From the NCBI GenBank assembly GCA_038087875.1, contig CM075978.1:175150001-175214000 (forward strand): a stretch of DNA of 64,000 nt, written 5' to 3'. The number at the start of each line of letters is the position of its first letter. Positions within the stretch are counted from its first letter, which is position 1. This document shows positions 37,113 to 50,787 of this stretch, piece after piece. A program made the position numbers and the translations under genes. Source of the stretch: Malacoraja senta. Lineage: Eukaryota. Below the pieces are notes generated by a model, which was not told where the DNA came from, ran no database searches, and saw only the letters and a list, made by a program, of their open reading frames with translations.

Positions 37113-37331
37113 AAACTGCTGCATGAGTCAGTGCCACCTCACAGATGTCCAATTACAATGGATCTCATTTACATACATGACATCACAATGGGACAGGGTG
37201 TGGGAGATTGGAACCTTCACGTGGTCCCACTAAAATCAAACTGCTGCATGAGTCAGTGCCATGTCACAGATGTCTAATCACAATGGATCTCATTTACATA
37301 TGCCATCACAATGGGACAGGGGTGGGAGATC
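37113..37331. repeat. Two diverged copies of a ~95-bp unit (period ~123 bp)
   Basis: aaactgctgcatgagtcagtgcca...caatgggacaggg(t)gtgggagat occurs twice. Confidence 0.85.
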
Positions 37332-37990
37332 TCTCCCCCTCCCTCCCTCCCTTACACCCCCGTGCCTTCCCCCACTCCCCCATCTCCTCTCTCCCCTCCT
37401 CCCTCCCCCACTCTCTCCCCCCCTCTCTCCCCCCCTCCTCTCTCTCCCCCTCCTCCTCTCTCTCTCCCCCTCCACTCACCCCCTCTCCTCTCTCTCCCAC
37501 TCCACTCCTCTCTCCAGCTCTCCCCTCCCGCTCTTCCTCCCCCTCTCCCCTCTTCTCCCCCACCCTCTCCTCTCACCTCCCCCTCTTCCCCTCTCCTCTC
37601 CCGCCCCTTCCCCCACAACTCTCTCCCCCCTCACCCATCCTTCCCCTCCCCCCTCTACCACCCCCTTCCCCCTACCCCTTTATCCCCTTCACCCTCCCCG
37701 CTCTCCTCCCATCCTCATCCCCCTCCATCTCCCTTCCCCCTCCCCTTTCCTCCCCCTCCCCACTCTCTCCCCATCTCCCCCTCCCCACTCTCTCCCCATC
37801 TCCCCCTCCCCCTCCCCACTCTCTCCCCATCTCCCTCTCCCCTCCTCCCCCACCCCCCCCCCTCACCCACCCATCCTCTCCTCCTCCCCTCCACCCCCTC
37901 TCCCTCTCTCTCTTGCCCTTCTGTCTCTGCCCCTCTCTCTCTCTGTCTCTCCCCATTCTCTCTCTGCCCTCACTCTCTACCCCCCCTCTC
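37332..37990. repeat. ~650-bp C/T-rich low-complexity tract
   Basis: Almost all pyrimidines on +; the Pro/Ser- and Gly/Glu/Arg-rich ORFs here are compositional artefacts. Confidence 0.95.
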
Positions 37991-40900
37991 TAGACGCGCC
38001 TGCGAGTTGGGGGGCTATGCGTCAGTGGATAGGGCGGATATGGGGTAAAAGGAGCAAATTAATAATATTAATATAATATCAAGGGGGGTAGTTAGCGTGT
38101 GTGCGGGGTGGTAGTTAGTGTGTGTGACGCCACATGCCGCCCCCCCCCCCCCCCGCAACCGCACGTTGGGGGAACAGACCCATCGGGTCTGCACTTGGTC
38201 TAGTAAATTATATTTTTGTTGCTTCGTGTGGAGAGTAATTGAATCTTCGAGAAAGAAATAGGCTATTTGGCCGATCTTATCCATACTGGTCAAGCAGTTC
38301 TCTGCACTTCACCATCCCCACCATCCTCTCCATTTTAAATCATCAACATTAGGCATTTCCTCAAGATGGTGGTATCCATCGTCCAGGCTCCCAACCATAA
38401 GGGACATGCGGTTTCACGCCTCTACCATCCTGCAGGAGCCGCAGAAGCCTAAAACCCCACCCCGCCAGGTTCAGGAACAGGCACCTTCCAACAACCAAAA
38501 GGTTCTTGAAGTAGCCTGCTCAATCCTAATTCTACCTCAACAATAAAACACGATGGCACAACTATGAGCTTGTTTTTTAAAATTGTATTTGCATTAATTT
38601 ATTGTTTTCTGCCACGTTTCTTTATTCTTGCCATTGCCAAGCAGATGTTACGTATAACTTAAGAATAATTATGTATAATTGTATGTTGGTGAGGCTGCAT
38701 TTGGAGTATTGTGTTCGATTTTGTTTATCCTGTCATTAAGCTAGAAAGAGTGCAGAGAAATTTTACGAGAAAGTTGCTAGGAGTCGAGCGCCTCAGGTAG
38801 AGAGAGAGAGAGAGAGGAGCATTGCAGGAGCCTGAGGTGTTATCTTACAGAATGCATCAAATCAAAGAGGTGAAATTATAGGATAAGTCCACAGATACTA
38901 TTTATATCCAAGGGGAGGAGATCAAGAGCTAGAGGACATAGGTTGAAGGTGAGAAGTGAGAAATTTGTAAGGAACCTGAGGGGTAACTTTGAGAAACTTG
39001 TTGAGGCAAGTACAATCACTAGATTTAAACGATATTTGGAATATACTTGGTTAGCCAAGTTTAATGAGATATGGGCCATAGGCTGCGTCTTGATATGCGG
39101 AATCTGGTCAGAATGGACTATTTCCATGATCTATGATTCCATGACTATGTAATGAGAACAGGTTAATAAACAGTTGTACGCTAGAGAAGATCGACCATAA
39201 CATAACAGAATTCTTCATTAAGGTGGAGATTGGGGGAGTCGTTAATTTGAGATTAAGGTCCTGAATTTTATTTAAAAAATAAGGTATAAACAATATTACT
39301 CAATGAGATGAGAATGGATAGGTAATGATAAAATTAAACGAAAAACGTGCATGAGTTACAATTGCTTTCTTCTGTCTGGACCAAAAAAAACTGGTTCAAC
39401 CATGGAGTTCCATCCAATTTACGGATAATATTAGAACAAAAACAAAGAATGATAAGTACATGGTGGTCTCTTCAATTGCCAGTTGTGAAGCCAATCTATA
39501 AAATCTCCACAGATCAAACGAGCCACGATCTTCTGGATCAGTTACCACGAGGAAACGTATTCAAAGCGTTACTGAGATCCATATATACAACATCCATCGT
39601 TTATCTTCCTCAGCTGAGAGTGAACCTGTGGAAGGCAACTCGTCCAAGACGGAGTTCCTAGCAGCGCCCTTACGACATGCGCGGATCAATTGGCAGAGGT
39701 ATTCAAACATCTCTAACCTCGTTATTCTAATCTGAGGTCCTCACATGCTTCTGGAAGGTGACTTTTATCCCATTGGCAACGAACAGTCAGGTAGCATGCC
39801 TTAATGACTGCCGCCCACAGGCTCTGACATCCACCGTCCTCAGCGAGGCTTGTGATGATGCACATTAACACCAGCCTCCCAGTCAATTAGGCTGAGGTTT
39901 CTCGGGTTGTCGCAAGTTCTCTGGTAGGTCGCCTGAATTGGGTAAAATGATCATTGTCAATGCCCCAACAGTTCCCTCTTTTGCTTCTCAAAACTAAGCT
40001 GGGATGGATCCCCCTTCATTATATAAATAACCTCTAAAATATCCATATCTCATAGATCTCGCTTTCCTCAATTGCATCAATTTGGTGACTACTGATGCGA
40101 AGTGCACGCTTGATACCCCAGGCAACTTTTCTAGCTCCAGGTGTAATTGTCGTCCTTTGTCCTTGAGTGGCCATAACTCAATCCCTGGTTGCCTTCTTGT
40201 TTTTACTATATGTATATAATGCCTTGGGATTTTCTATAATCCTACTCGCTAAGGATATTTGATACCAGATTATCCAAGACCACTTTGTCTGCCTTACAGC
40301 GCCAGAGACCAGGAATCGATCCTGATTACGGATGCTGTTTGTACGGAGTTTGCACGTTTTCCCTGTGACGCCCTGGGTTATCTCCGGGTGCACTGCTTTC
40401 CTCCCGCATCGCAAGGACTTGCAAGTTTGTAGATTAATTGGCTTCTGTAAAATAAATGTCCCCAGTGTGTATGATACACGTGTAATCGTTGGTCTGCGCG
40501 GATTCAGTGGGACCAAGGGCCTGTTTCCACGCTGTATCTCTAAACTAAATTAAAACCTAATTTCCTGTTGAACCTCATCCCTGTTTTCTTTAGATTCCTG
40601 AAAGACATTTAATCGAACGGGTTCTACTCTGCCCTTCCAGATTTGGATTGCTTATCGCGTATTCAGCTATTTAACTTTTCAATGGCTGTGTTGTCGTATT
40701 CCAGTGATTCCAGTGATAATAAGTTCGTAAGTTCATAGGTTCTTGGAGCAGAATTAGGCCATTCGGCCCATCAAGTCAACTTCGCCATTCAATCGTGGTC
40801 GATCTATCTTGCCCTCTAAACACCGTTCTCGTGCCTTCCCCACGTAACCCCTGACACCCTTACTAATAATCCGTCACTCACCGCTTTAAAACATCAATTG

Positions 40901-43900
40901 GCTTGACTTCCACAACAATGAATTCTACAGATTCACCACCCCCTGACTGATGAAATGCCTCCTCATCTCTTTTCTAAAGGTACCTCATTTTATTCTGAGG
41001 CTATGGTCTCTGGTCCCAGACTCTATAAGTGGCAACAACCTCTCCATTTTACTCAAGCCTTTCACTATTTGGTAGGTTTCAATGGGATTCATAATGAAAT
41101 ATCACAGGATTAAAATGGGCTTACCTATGATCCTTTTGATCAAAATCGACCAAACGTTTACCAAAATGTAATGCTTTAAACACTTAAAGCATAAAAGACA
41201 TATGGGCCACTTTCTGTTTTTGAAGCTCCCTTACAAAATGTCGGCACCTAACCCACCACGAGACCCGAAGTTTACGCCAGAGTCATTATAATCACGTTGT
41301 TTGAATAAAAAAAACGCGACGAATGCACCCCCCCCCCCCGTTATAGCGCAATATAAAGTATACACGACGTTACTCAACGGGGGACGGTGGGAGGGGGGGG
41401 GGGAGACAACATACAGAATTTAACCGCTAAAATATTTGAGCAAACTAGATTTTTATTTCATGATTTTAAGTTATATTCATTAATAAGTATTTCAATGGAA
41501 AGCTTAAACACAAAAGAAAAACAATTATGTATGTATATATATATAAACGGTTACACTGCTTTTAATTAACACATTTAACACGTGACCAAATTGACACTGC
41601 TACTCACGTTCTGTTGCAAAAACTTGCTGCATCAGAAAATCCTTATCGGGTGATAAATGATAAAAATCATAAGCATAATCAGAATTTGACTTATTTAATT
41701 GCAAAATTAATGTAATCTTTCTGGTATAAATTAGCCTTAGGATTTGATGAAATCCTGCTTGAAAAATGTCACAAAAAAAAGGCAAGAACACAGGGACATA
41801 TCTGATTTTTTCTTTGTAAAAACAGGTTTATTTATTTTTGCTTCATCTCATTATTTTGGTTATACGCCATGATTTATACTACTTAAAATCCAGGGTATGA
41901 AACAATGGGAAAATTACATTAATAAAATCAAGGACATAATCTGCAAGTTTGGAACATAATCTGGAAGTTTCACTACTGAGTGCTGTATTTACGGAAACGC
42001 TTATATCAGTTCCTCTCTATTCCGCTAGTAGCGAGGAAGTCTACAATATAGCCCACATAGTCTACAAAGACATCCACAGAGCAGTAATAAAATATGGCTG
42101 GAAAACGTAGCAAAATTGGGGATTATGAGAACTTTAGGCTTCAGCCACGAGGTTAAGGGTAGTTAGAAGGGTAGATGTAGAATATAAGATGAAGCTTACG
42201 GATATTTAACCACTGACTGCAAAAGCTTCTATGTATAAGTGTCTGTATGTGAGTGTGTGCGTGTGTGTGAAGAGGGAAGATAGATGATGGAAATCTTAAG
42301 TACCTACAGTCAGGAACGGTATCATTTATACAGAATTTGAATTATAAATTATTAAAACAAAGAAATAGGAGGACAATTAAAAATGCCATTTGATTAGCTT
42401 GAATGGGGGATTTAAAATGGCCTTGGATCTCTTTGAGAAACAGCTTGTCTAGTCGAGGGGAGGAACTAAGTGAAACCAATACTAGTGGATAAACGGTGTC
42501 TGTAGAATGAAGGTGACTGGCACCAATAAATCTCGAGGACCCAAAAGGCTCCACCAAAGTAAAACTTAACAAAATAGCTTTGGAAGTAATTGAGCAAAGG
42601 GAGTTAAAAATAGAATGGGGGGAAAGCGACCGCTCATAGCAAACGTCAATTTGTGAAACGGCGATCATGCTTGGCAAGTCTATCGTATTTTTGAGGAAGT
42701 AACTAGCAGAATATGTGAGGGGGAGTCCGTCGTTTTAGAGTATTTATACGCCCTGAAGCATTTCAGTAAAATCTTACCGAACAGACTAGAACAAATTAAA
42801 GGTTAGCATGTTGAGAGTAATCAGCAATTAGTTGGCCAACAGAAAAGAAAGAGTGGAAATAAACAGGTATTTTCCCCACTAGTAGCAGGCATTGAGTAGT
42901 AGGGTACCATCGAGTTCATTGCTGTGATTTCAGCTAGTCACGATATATATTGATAATTAGATCATGGAATTAAATGTATTGTATAGCTGTTTATCGACAG
43001 CATCAAACTGCGTGAGAGGATGAGCACTCTGGTGGATGCTGAGAAGCTTCGTTTTGAGAGAAAGGACAGATTCACGGCGGATGGAGTGCAATCTTAATAA
43101 ATGCGAGGTTCAACTTCGGTGATAATGACAAGAAGGACGATCATTGTCTGAATCCCGATAGATTATGAAACGCAGCAAAGCAACGAAGGAGGCAAATTAT
43201 AGAATGTTCTTCATATCAAGTGGATTCCACAATAGAAGAAGCATTGTCTCAATGCAGTTGTATAGACATTGTTGATTGCTCTCCTTGAGAGTTGAGTATA
43301 TTTTTGTATATTTGACTGTGAACAGATCTTCATGTGATGGTGTGAGTCAGTGAGATTTCAACAGGCTGGTAGACTGCGTCAAGACTGACCTATGCATTGG
43401 ATTAAATTGGGGTACTTAAGTTAAAATATGGAAGCCTAAGAAGGTAGCCCACAGAATGCTTAAATATCCACGGTCTAGGAAAGATATGATGGAGTAAGTT
43501 TGTTCGCGATTGATGGGAAAATCAGTACCAGGGATCATTATCAAAGAATAAGGGAAAATCCACTTCAGACTGTGATGAGGACCGCGTTCTTCTCTAGGAG
43601 ATGAGAACATCTACATATTTCTCTATATCATAAATCACTCGAATCCAAATGATTAAATACATTAACAATGGAGTACATATTGTTATAACATGACAGAGAC
43701 CTACAGCAGTAAACACATATCTGGGATCAAGGGACATTGGGAGAAAACAGGAGCTGGACATTGAATTTGCAAGTTGAGCCATGATCATACTGAACGACCA
43801 AGCAGGTTCGAAGGATCATATGGCCTATCCCTTCTCTAAATTCTTCGTTCCTATCTCAGTGCTTCCATAAATATCATCAGGTACATAATTGAGCCTACAA

Positions 43901-44045
43901 CAGTTATGTTTGCCGAGGACATTTATTTTGTTCTAATTTCTCCACGCAATTTGACTTGCAGTAACATTTGAAAGCCAAACGAAGGTAATAATTGGGAGTA
44001 AGTCCGAGTGTCGTTCGAATGTATCTGCAGTATTACACGTGTCTA

Positions 44046-44119
44046 TTAATTAATTAATTCATTCATTCGTCTTGCCTTCGTTTTCTGATCGGCACTTTCT
44101 TTCGATGTTCTGCACGTCC
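44046..44119 (-). CDS. Gene B exon 5 (predicted): short cytoplasmic tail GTCRTSKESADQKTKARRMNELIN*
   Basis: Pyrimidine-rich acceptor ttttctctctaaattacctccctatag|, phase 1; minus-strand AATAAA at 43927-43922; no tyrosine. Confidence 0.65.
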
Positions 44120-44781
44120 CTATAGGGAGGTAATTTAGAGAGAAAAAATCACTCTTGGCCTAGACAAAGCGTAGTAGCCAGTACATCTAGCAGCATATAA
44201 AACGTTATATTTTTTCTGATTACTTTTGTGTATTGTATACATGTATGCAGTGAAACTAATATCACGATAACAATAGTTAAAAATCTATAGAATATGAGTC
44301 CTCTTCAAGTTGTCGAATCGAAGCAGAATCAATTGCAAAATGAGTTTTTGCATCACCGACCCATTTTCTCAGACTCCACCCCTTATTCCACAACCTGGCC
44401 CACAACACCAAGCATCAATCCTTCATGTACAAATCGGTGACTAGCTCACAGGTTAGCTTCCGAGAAACCATGCACCTAATGAGATGCGGCGGGTGTATTT
44501 ATAGATCAGCTGTGTCCGATCCAATAAAACTCTCAAACATTATTTTCTCCAGTATATCTGGTTTCCCCCCCAGAGATTTACAGGTTTGTAGGTTAATTGG
44601 CTTGATATAATTATAAATTGTCGTTAGTGTGTGTAGGTTGCGGGGATCGCTGTTCGGCGCCGACTTGGTGAGCCGAAGGGCTTGTTTCCGCGCTGTATCT
44701 CTAAACTAAACTAAAGTATTGCTGAATTCCGATTGGTTAATTTTACAACAATCTAGAGATCAAATAGCTTCGGAGTCTTAC

Positions 44782-44874
44782 CTTTATATATCACAATGAA
44801 AGTAACGATTATGATAGGTATCAATCCTGCTCTTATGTAACCAAAAAGCGTATTATGAAGTGGATTAACAAAAA
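44782..44874 (-). CDS. Gene B exon 4: stalk + transmembrane with Arg (FVNPLHNTLFGYIRAGLIPIIIVTFIVIYK)
   Basis: Acceptor ttttttattgtttacag| and donor AAG|GTAAG; 93 bp, phase 1/1; same R-A-G motif as gene A. Confidence 0.9.
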
Positions 44875-47800
44875 CTGTAAACAATAAAAAAGATAGTGGT
44901 CAATTTTAACATATGTACAGTATTATATAATAGGACTGGCAATCAGTTCAACAGCGTCATTCTGTCTCTTTTTTTTAAATATCGATTTGACTTTTCGACG
45001 CGAAATAAACAGATATGAACATTGCCCATGAGCGCAGTTGCTGTTTCCATTTCTGTCCAATCCCAGTTGTGTGCATATGACTCATACAATGAAAGCATTA
45101 TTAAGGTGCAGAAACCTCCCAAATATTTGGCTACAACCAATACTGATCATTTCGAAGTGTGTATGTAGCCATGTTGCAGAGCGTAACATGTAGTGATGTA
45201 TAGCTGTGTCGGTACAACAGGCCATCTTGTGGAATATCCAGAAATGGGAAATTATAAAAACACTTATTTACTCTTCATCATGTGATTATACAGTGAGGCT
45301 GGACAAAATTCCACGCCGTCATTACGTTTATGACGGCCCTGATGTGCCCAAAGCTGAGTTCCAGACGATGCAATATTCGTAGAATATTGGGAATGTAATT
45401 ATGGAAATTGAATTTTGCTGTGAATTACGATCCCAAATCGACAGGAATCTTTTAAATTAAATTCAAGAGCGTGGGTGGATAATCCAAGGTAGATTTCGCT
45501 CGCTGTGACTGAGCAGTTACAAACGAGGTATCGTACAACACAGAAATACACATTCCTATATTTTGTTTATTTTTTAATCCAGGATGCGGATAGACAATCT
45601 GTCTTTTGGACCCTTCATTATATAGATGTGCATGACTTAGTAGTTCAATTCCAAAGGTGGATTGATGTTCTCTGTGTTCAGGGTGGCACGGTGACCATCT
45701 GCTTCAGAGGGCGGTGGAGGCCGGTTCTTTGGATACTTTCAAGAGAGACCTAGATAGGGCTCTTAAAGATAGCGGAGTCAGGGGATGTGGGGAGAAGGCA
45801 AGAACGGGGTACTGATTGGGGATGATCAGCCATAATCACATTGAATGGCGGTGCTGGCTCGAAGGGCCGAATGGCCTACTCCTGCACCTATTGTCTATTG
45901 AAAATCGATACAATAAAAATGCACAGTCGACAATGCGCCTTTCCTGCAGAATATCAATGAACTACCTGGAGGGGTTAGATATTGCGGCAGCTTCACATTA
46001 TCCCCTCTAAACACAGAATATTGTTATTAATTTGAGGTAATTAATTAATATCAACCTATCAGCAGTACTATTAAATTGCATTAAATATGCAATGATTTGG
46101 AACGGCATACCCGCGCATCTTTATTGAAAGGATGCGCACATAACAATTTCCGTCCTGTCTCGTGATCTTATTTCAAATGCATCAAATGACAACAGACATC
46201 GGTCAGCTTTTATCTTTGATTGCAAGTTTTGTAAGAACCGTGAACTGATTACTTAGTGGACTTTATTACATCCATCCTTTCGAACCCGGATAATCGAAGA
46301 GCAACGTCCTATTCCCCGCTTTTTCTTGATTACTCTCTCCATCACTTTCCTTCGTATGCCTCCCTGAAAGCTCGTTTATTTATTAGTTGCTTGCTTTATT
46401 CCTATGAGCGACAACTTTAATAACCAACATTTTGTTTGAAGCTTTGTCGAATCCTTTTCTCAAAAATTCTTATTGACGTCATCTACATCAATTATTCATC
46501 AAATTGTCTTGTTACTTCATCAAAAAACCATTTGTCCAATAGACACACGGGAATTAATTGTATAATTTGCTCGTTAGACTTTCTCCATTATGTACAAATG
46601 TCTCTAATGTACAAGCAATGGTCCTTATTCGGGCATGAAACAGCATGCCCTCATTATATTTACAGAAATTCTGGCGTAGGTTTTCTAATGCAGTTATTTA
46701 TCTTCAATGATGATGCTGGCAGATCATGTAACCATGACGAAATTTTCAAATGTCTCTAATTTAATTACATTGAAACCATCTGTTAGATTTGTTTAATCAT
46801 GGGCGGACGCTGCCTACTTTTAGCGAAGAAGTACATTGGAATTCATTGGAAATTGAATTCTAACAAGTAAAGTAAGTGAACCTGGAATTATGTAACGCAA
46901 TTCATTTGAAAAATGGCAATTATAACCGATCGTGTGAAATCTGCAAGCGAAGGACAAGGTCCCAGCGCAAAAAGTAATTTATGGAGAGCATAAATTTCAA
47001 GAATAATGGTAAATAAATGAAAAACACGCAGAATTACTTTGTGGAATGTTGTCTTCCCCTGCCTCGACAGGTTTAGAAATCGTGAAACACGAATGGGCAA
47101 ATCCCTTGTAAAGTTTAAAGAATCTCACTGGTTGTGAGTGGATTGGTGCAAAGGAGAATAAGTCCAGTCCAAATCTGAAGAAACATATTGAGGGAAGAGT
47201 AAAACACATGCCGGGCGAAGCTAACGTCATATGGCAGGAGTATATTTGCATGATAGGTGAGGCCATATGCAGAAAGTGTGACTTTTGCACAAGCGAACAT
47301 TCGTTCGTATGCCGAGGTGAATCGTCCTGTTTGACATCTCTAGCTGAAGAAGAATAATCATTTATGATGGAAGAAGCATTTTACATCGGTTTATTGCTCG
47401 TAGGACTTCTATGTCAATGTGTTCCTCTCATTGCTAGCATTTATGTCTTGCTTCTACATTCGTTCACAGGCGGACGGGAGACAATAACTTTAGCAAGTGT
47501 GTGTTCCTGATACATGAGCCGTCCGCGTTAAAACTGAGATTTCTAAAATATAACCTTAATTCATTTAACGGTATTCATGACTCCCCAGGTGCGGAACCTG
47601 CCAGACAAAGCCAGCTCTTCAAATACGATCAATGTTGTTGTCGTAATTGCATTAGCTAATCAATAATTATTGTCCATGCACTAAGCTATGTTCGAAACTC
47701 GTTGAGTGGTAAACTAGTAACTCCACAGTAGACGGCTTTGCGAAATCGACAAGGCTGCTTGGGAATCATGGTATTTTGGTGCGCGTGCTGAAGATGTGCT

Positions 47801-47879
47801 GAAAGGAGCGCTGTCACTGGAACAGGCTGGCTACTATCCGCTAAATGCCTGTGTTTTGCTTCAATTACGCAGAGGAATG

Positions 47880-49260
47880 ACAGTTGATGAGCCTCACGTC
47901 AGTGAAAGGGAAGTTATTGAAGATAATAATTCGGGATAGATTTTCTTGGCATTTGGAAGAAAGTGGATTAATTACCGACGGTCAGCATGTCCACGGCAAG
48001 TCAGACTGATCGAGAAAATTAGGATGCATGGGATTCAGGGTGAATTGGTCCGAGTTGGTCGTCTGGATTCAGAACTGGCTTATTCATAGAAGACAGAGGG
48101 TTCGGATAGAAGGGTGTTATTCTGGATGGAGGTCTGTGACAATTGGAGTTCCACAGAGATCAATGTCTGTGATTTCTATATGAATGACGTAGATGTAATT
48201 GTAAATGAGTTGGTGATTATGTTTGCAGACGACACCAAAATGGGCGAAGTTACGGACAGCCAGGAAGACTGCCAATGTTTTAGATGCACTCGGACCAACG
48301 TGTCAAGGGTGACCAACGATCACTTGTTTACACATTCTATATTATCCCATTTTCTCATACATTCTCTACACATTGCGGACAATTTTATAGAGACCAATTA
48401 ATCTATACACCCGTACATCTTTGGAATGTCGAAGGAAACCGCAGCACCTGAACGAAGCCCACGCGATCATTGGGAGAAAGTGCAACCTCCATACAAACAG
48501 CACCCGAGGTCAGGGTTGAACCAGGGTTTCCAGCGTTATGATGCGCATCTCTACCAGCTAATCTACATTGCTGCATTTAACCACGATGCTCTCTGGATTA
48601 GAGCGTAATGGGCATAAGGAGATGTTGGAACAGAGGTTGTCTCCACCCGAACGATGGAGGCTGAATGGATTCCAGATGGAAGTACATGTAATTGTGGCAT
48701 CATATGTCAGATCCCTTTTCTCATGTTGTAAAGGTTAAAGACCAGAGGACGTGGGTTTACGTTGGAGGGGCAAAGTTTAAATGAGATATGCCGAGCAAGT
48801 GCTTAGCACAGAGCGTGGTCGGTGTCTGAAGCGTGCTGCTAGATGTGGTAGTGTAGAAATATACAAAGATACAAAGGTACAATAGTGATATTTAAGATGC
48901 TTTTAAAAATACATGAGGTTGATCTTAATATCTTTATGATGCGTAGGTGCGGTCATTTTCCAAGGGTGGAAAGCGTCAATACTAGAGGGCATAGCTATAA
49001 GCCGAGAGTGGCAAAGTTCCATGGAGATGTGCGGGGCATGTTTTTTTACTGAGAGTATTGAGATCCTGGGACGGATTGCCAGGGATAGTGGTGGAAGCAG
49101 ATACGGTAGTGGCGTTTAACTAGCTTGTCGACTGGCGCATGGAAGTGCGGGGACTAGAGGAATATGGATTAAGTACAGGCAGATGAAATCAGTTTAACTT
49201 GGCATCGTGTTGTGCACAAACATTGCGGCCGAATGTATGCCAGTGTTGTACTTGGTATGA
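47880..49260 (+). mobile_element. Old degenerate CR1 fragments (one of many; others near 1900-2540, 5500-6350, 27000-28000, 29950-30440, 42640-43850)
   Basis: Residual motifs such as MFADDTKMG (48114-48401) and a CR1-type 3' UTR; boundaries approximate. Confidence 0.65.
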
Positions 49261-49940
49261 TTTTTGTTCAGCCTCCGCTACACAAGCGAAAAAAGGCCCA
49301 GCCAATCCAATCTCCACCCTATAACTAAAACCATTCTGATCTGATTATATCCTCGTAATCGCCTTTGTACTGTTTATACCCTTTCACGGCAGGGTGACAA
49401 GAAGTGTACACAATTCACGATTATTCACATTTAGTACACTTGTAGTGTGTTTCATGTACTCGATATACCGACTGATGAAGACAAATGTATGCCTTCTTCG
49501 TTACAACTATCTATTTCTGCCGCAACTTCCATGGAACCATATACATGTGCGCCTAGGCTTCTCTGTCCCACAACACCCACCATGGCTTTGCCATCTATGT
49601 TATGTCTGTCCTATTTTGTTTTCCGAAAAATCAACACTGCATTTAACGTAAACAGTGCAAAGGCGATTTCGAGGATATAATCAGGTCAGATTGGTTTCAG
49701 TTATAGGGTGGGGGTTGGATTGGATGGGCCTTTTTGCGTTAGTGTAGAGGAGGCTGAACATAAAACATACAACAGTACAACACTGGCTTACATTCGGCCC
49801 GCAATGTTTGTGCACATCACGATGCCAAGTTAAACTGATTTCATGTGCCTGTAAATGATCCATATCCCTCTACTCCCCGCACTTCCATGCGCCTGTCGAA
49901 AAGCTTCTTAAACGCCACTACCGTATCTGCCTCCAACACT
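49087..49940. repeat. Long inverted repeat: ~290-bp arms (49087-49376, 49649-49940) with a 272-bp spacer
   Basis: Arms align in reverse complement along their whole length, roughly 85-90% identical by eye. Confidence 0.9.
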
Positions 49941-50484
49941 GTGCAATTGTCATTCCTCAGCCCATTGGCCGACTTGACCAAGATGCCGTTGTAATGTTTG
50001 ATAAACTACTTCATAGTCCACCAAACCACAATTTATTTGTGCTACCCGCAAACTATCCTTGCATGCACATCCAAATCGTTAGTATACAAAAACAGACAGT
50101 GGACCCAACACCGATCCCTGTGGCATACTACTCATCCGAGACCTTTAGCCATAGAATCAATCCTCTACCATTGACCATCTGCCTCAAGGCAATTTCGTAT
50201 CCAATTCCCCGGATCCAATGCGAACTAACCATTCCGATTTGTCAACCAATACCTTATCAAATTACTCGCTAAAGTCTAAATAGGCATAGCATCGCAATTC
50301 CTGATCAATGTTCATGGTCACCGCTTCAAACCCCTTACTCAATTTCGTAAGACGCGAATTTCCACGCACAACCAAAATTTGACCCTCCATGATCAGTCCA
50401 TGGCTCCCCAAATGCATGCAGACCCTGTCCAATGATTCCTGTTCCTGTGGCCAAATTGCATCGGAAATGTATCGTTATTCTTAC

Positions 50485-50787
50485 CTCGACTGTAGAAAGT
50501 ATAACTGATATTGGTTGGATTCGGAAGAGAAATATGAGACACCTGGCAGGTATAAACTGTCCCGCTCTCCACATGGCCTGTCTCGGTCAGGCAGCTCCAA
50601 GCTTCGTACAGTCCTGCTGTTGTCTGCGTTTTGTTTGGATCAATCTTCTGTATAATATCTGACCCATTTTTGTACCAAGTAATATTTAGATCAAGAGGAA
50701 AGAACGTTGCTGTTTTACAAACGAGAATTAGAGCAACTGATGTGTTCACTGGCAGCATGGTGGTCAAGCTCAGAGGAGTTGGGCGGT
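50485..50787 (-). CDS. Gene B exon 3: Ig C1-set domain
   Basis: Acceptor ttttattttccag| and donor G|GTAAGA, phase 1/1; LVC...FFP.DLNITWYK...GTVYTCQVSHISL. Confidence 0.95.

Larger units (their letters stand above)
36979..38203 (+). mobile_element. Non-autonomous Helitron-like element, 3' part (5' end not located; may lie in or before the gap 36774-36978)
   Basis: Hairpin CAGACCC-atc-GGGTCTG at 38175-38191, 8 nt before a terminal CTAG (38200-38203) followed by T. Confidence 0.55.

Noticed and set aside
37208-38076. Long Pro/Ser-rich and Gly/Glu/Arg-rich ORFs
   Set aside because: Low-complexity C/T tract; stop codons are absent for compositional reasons.
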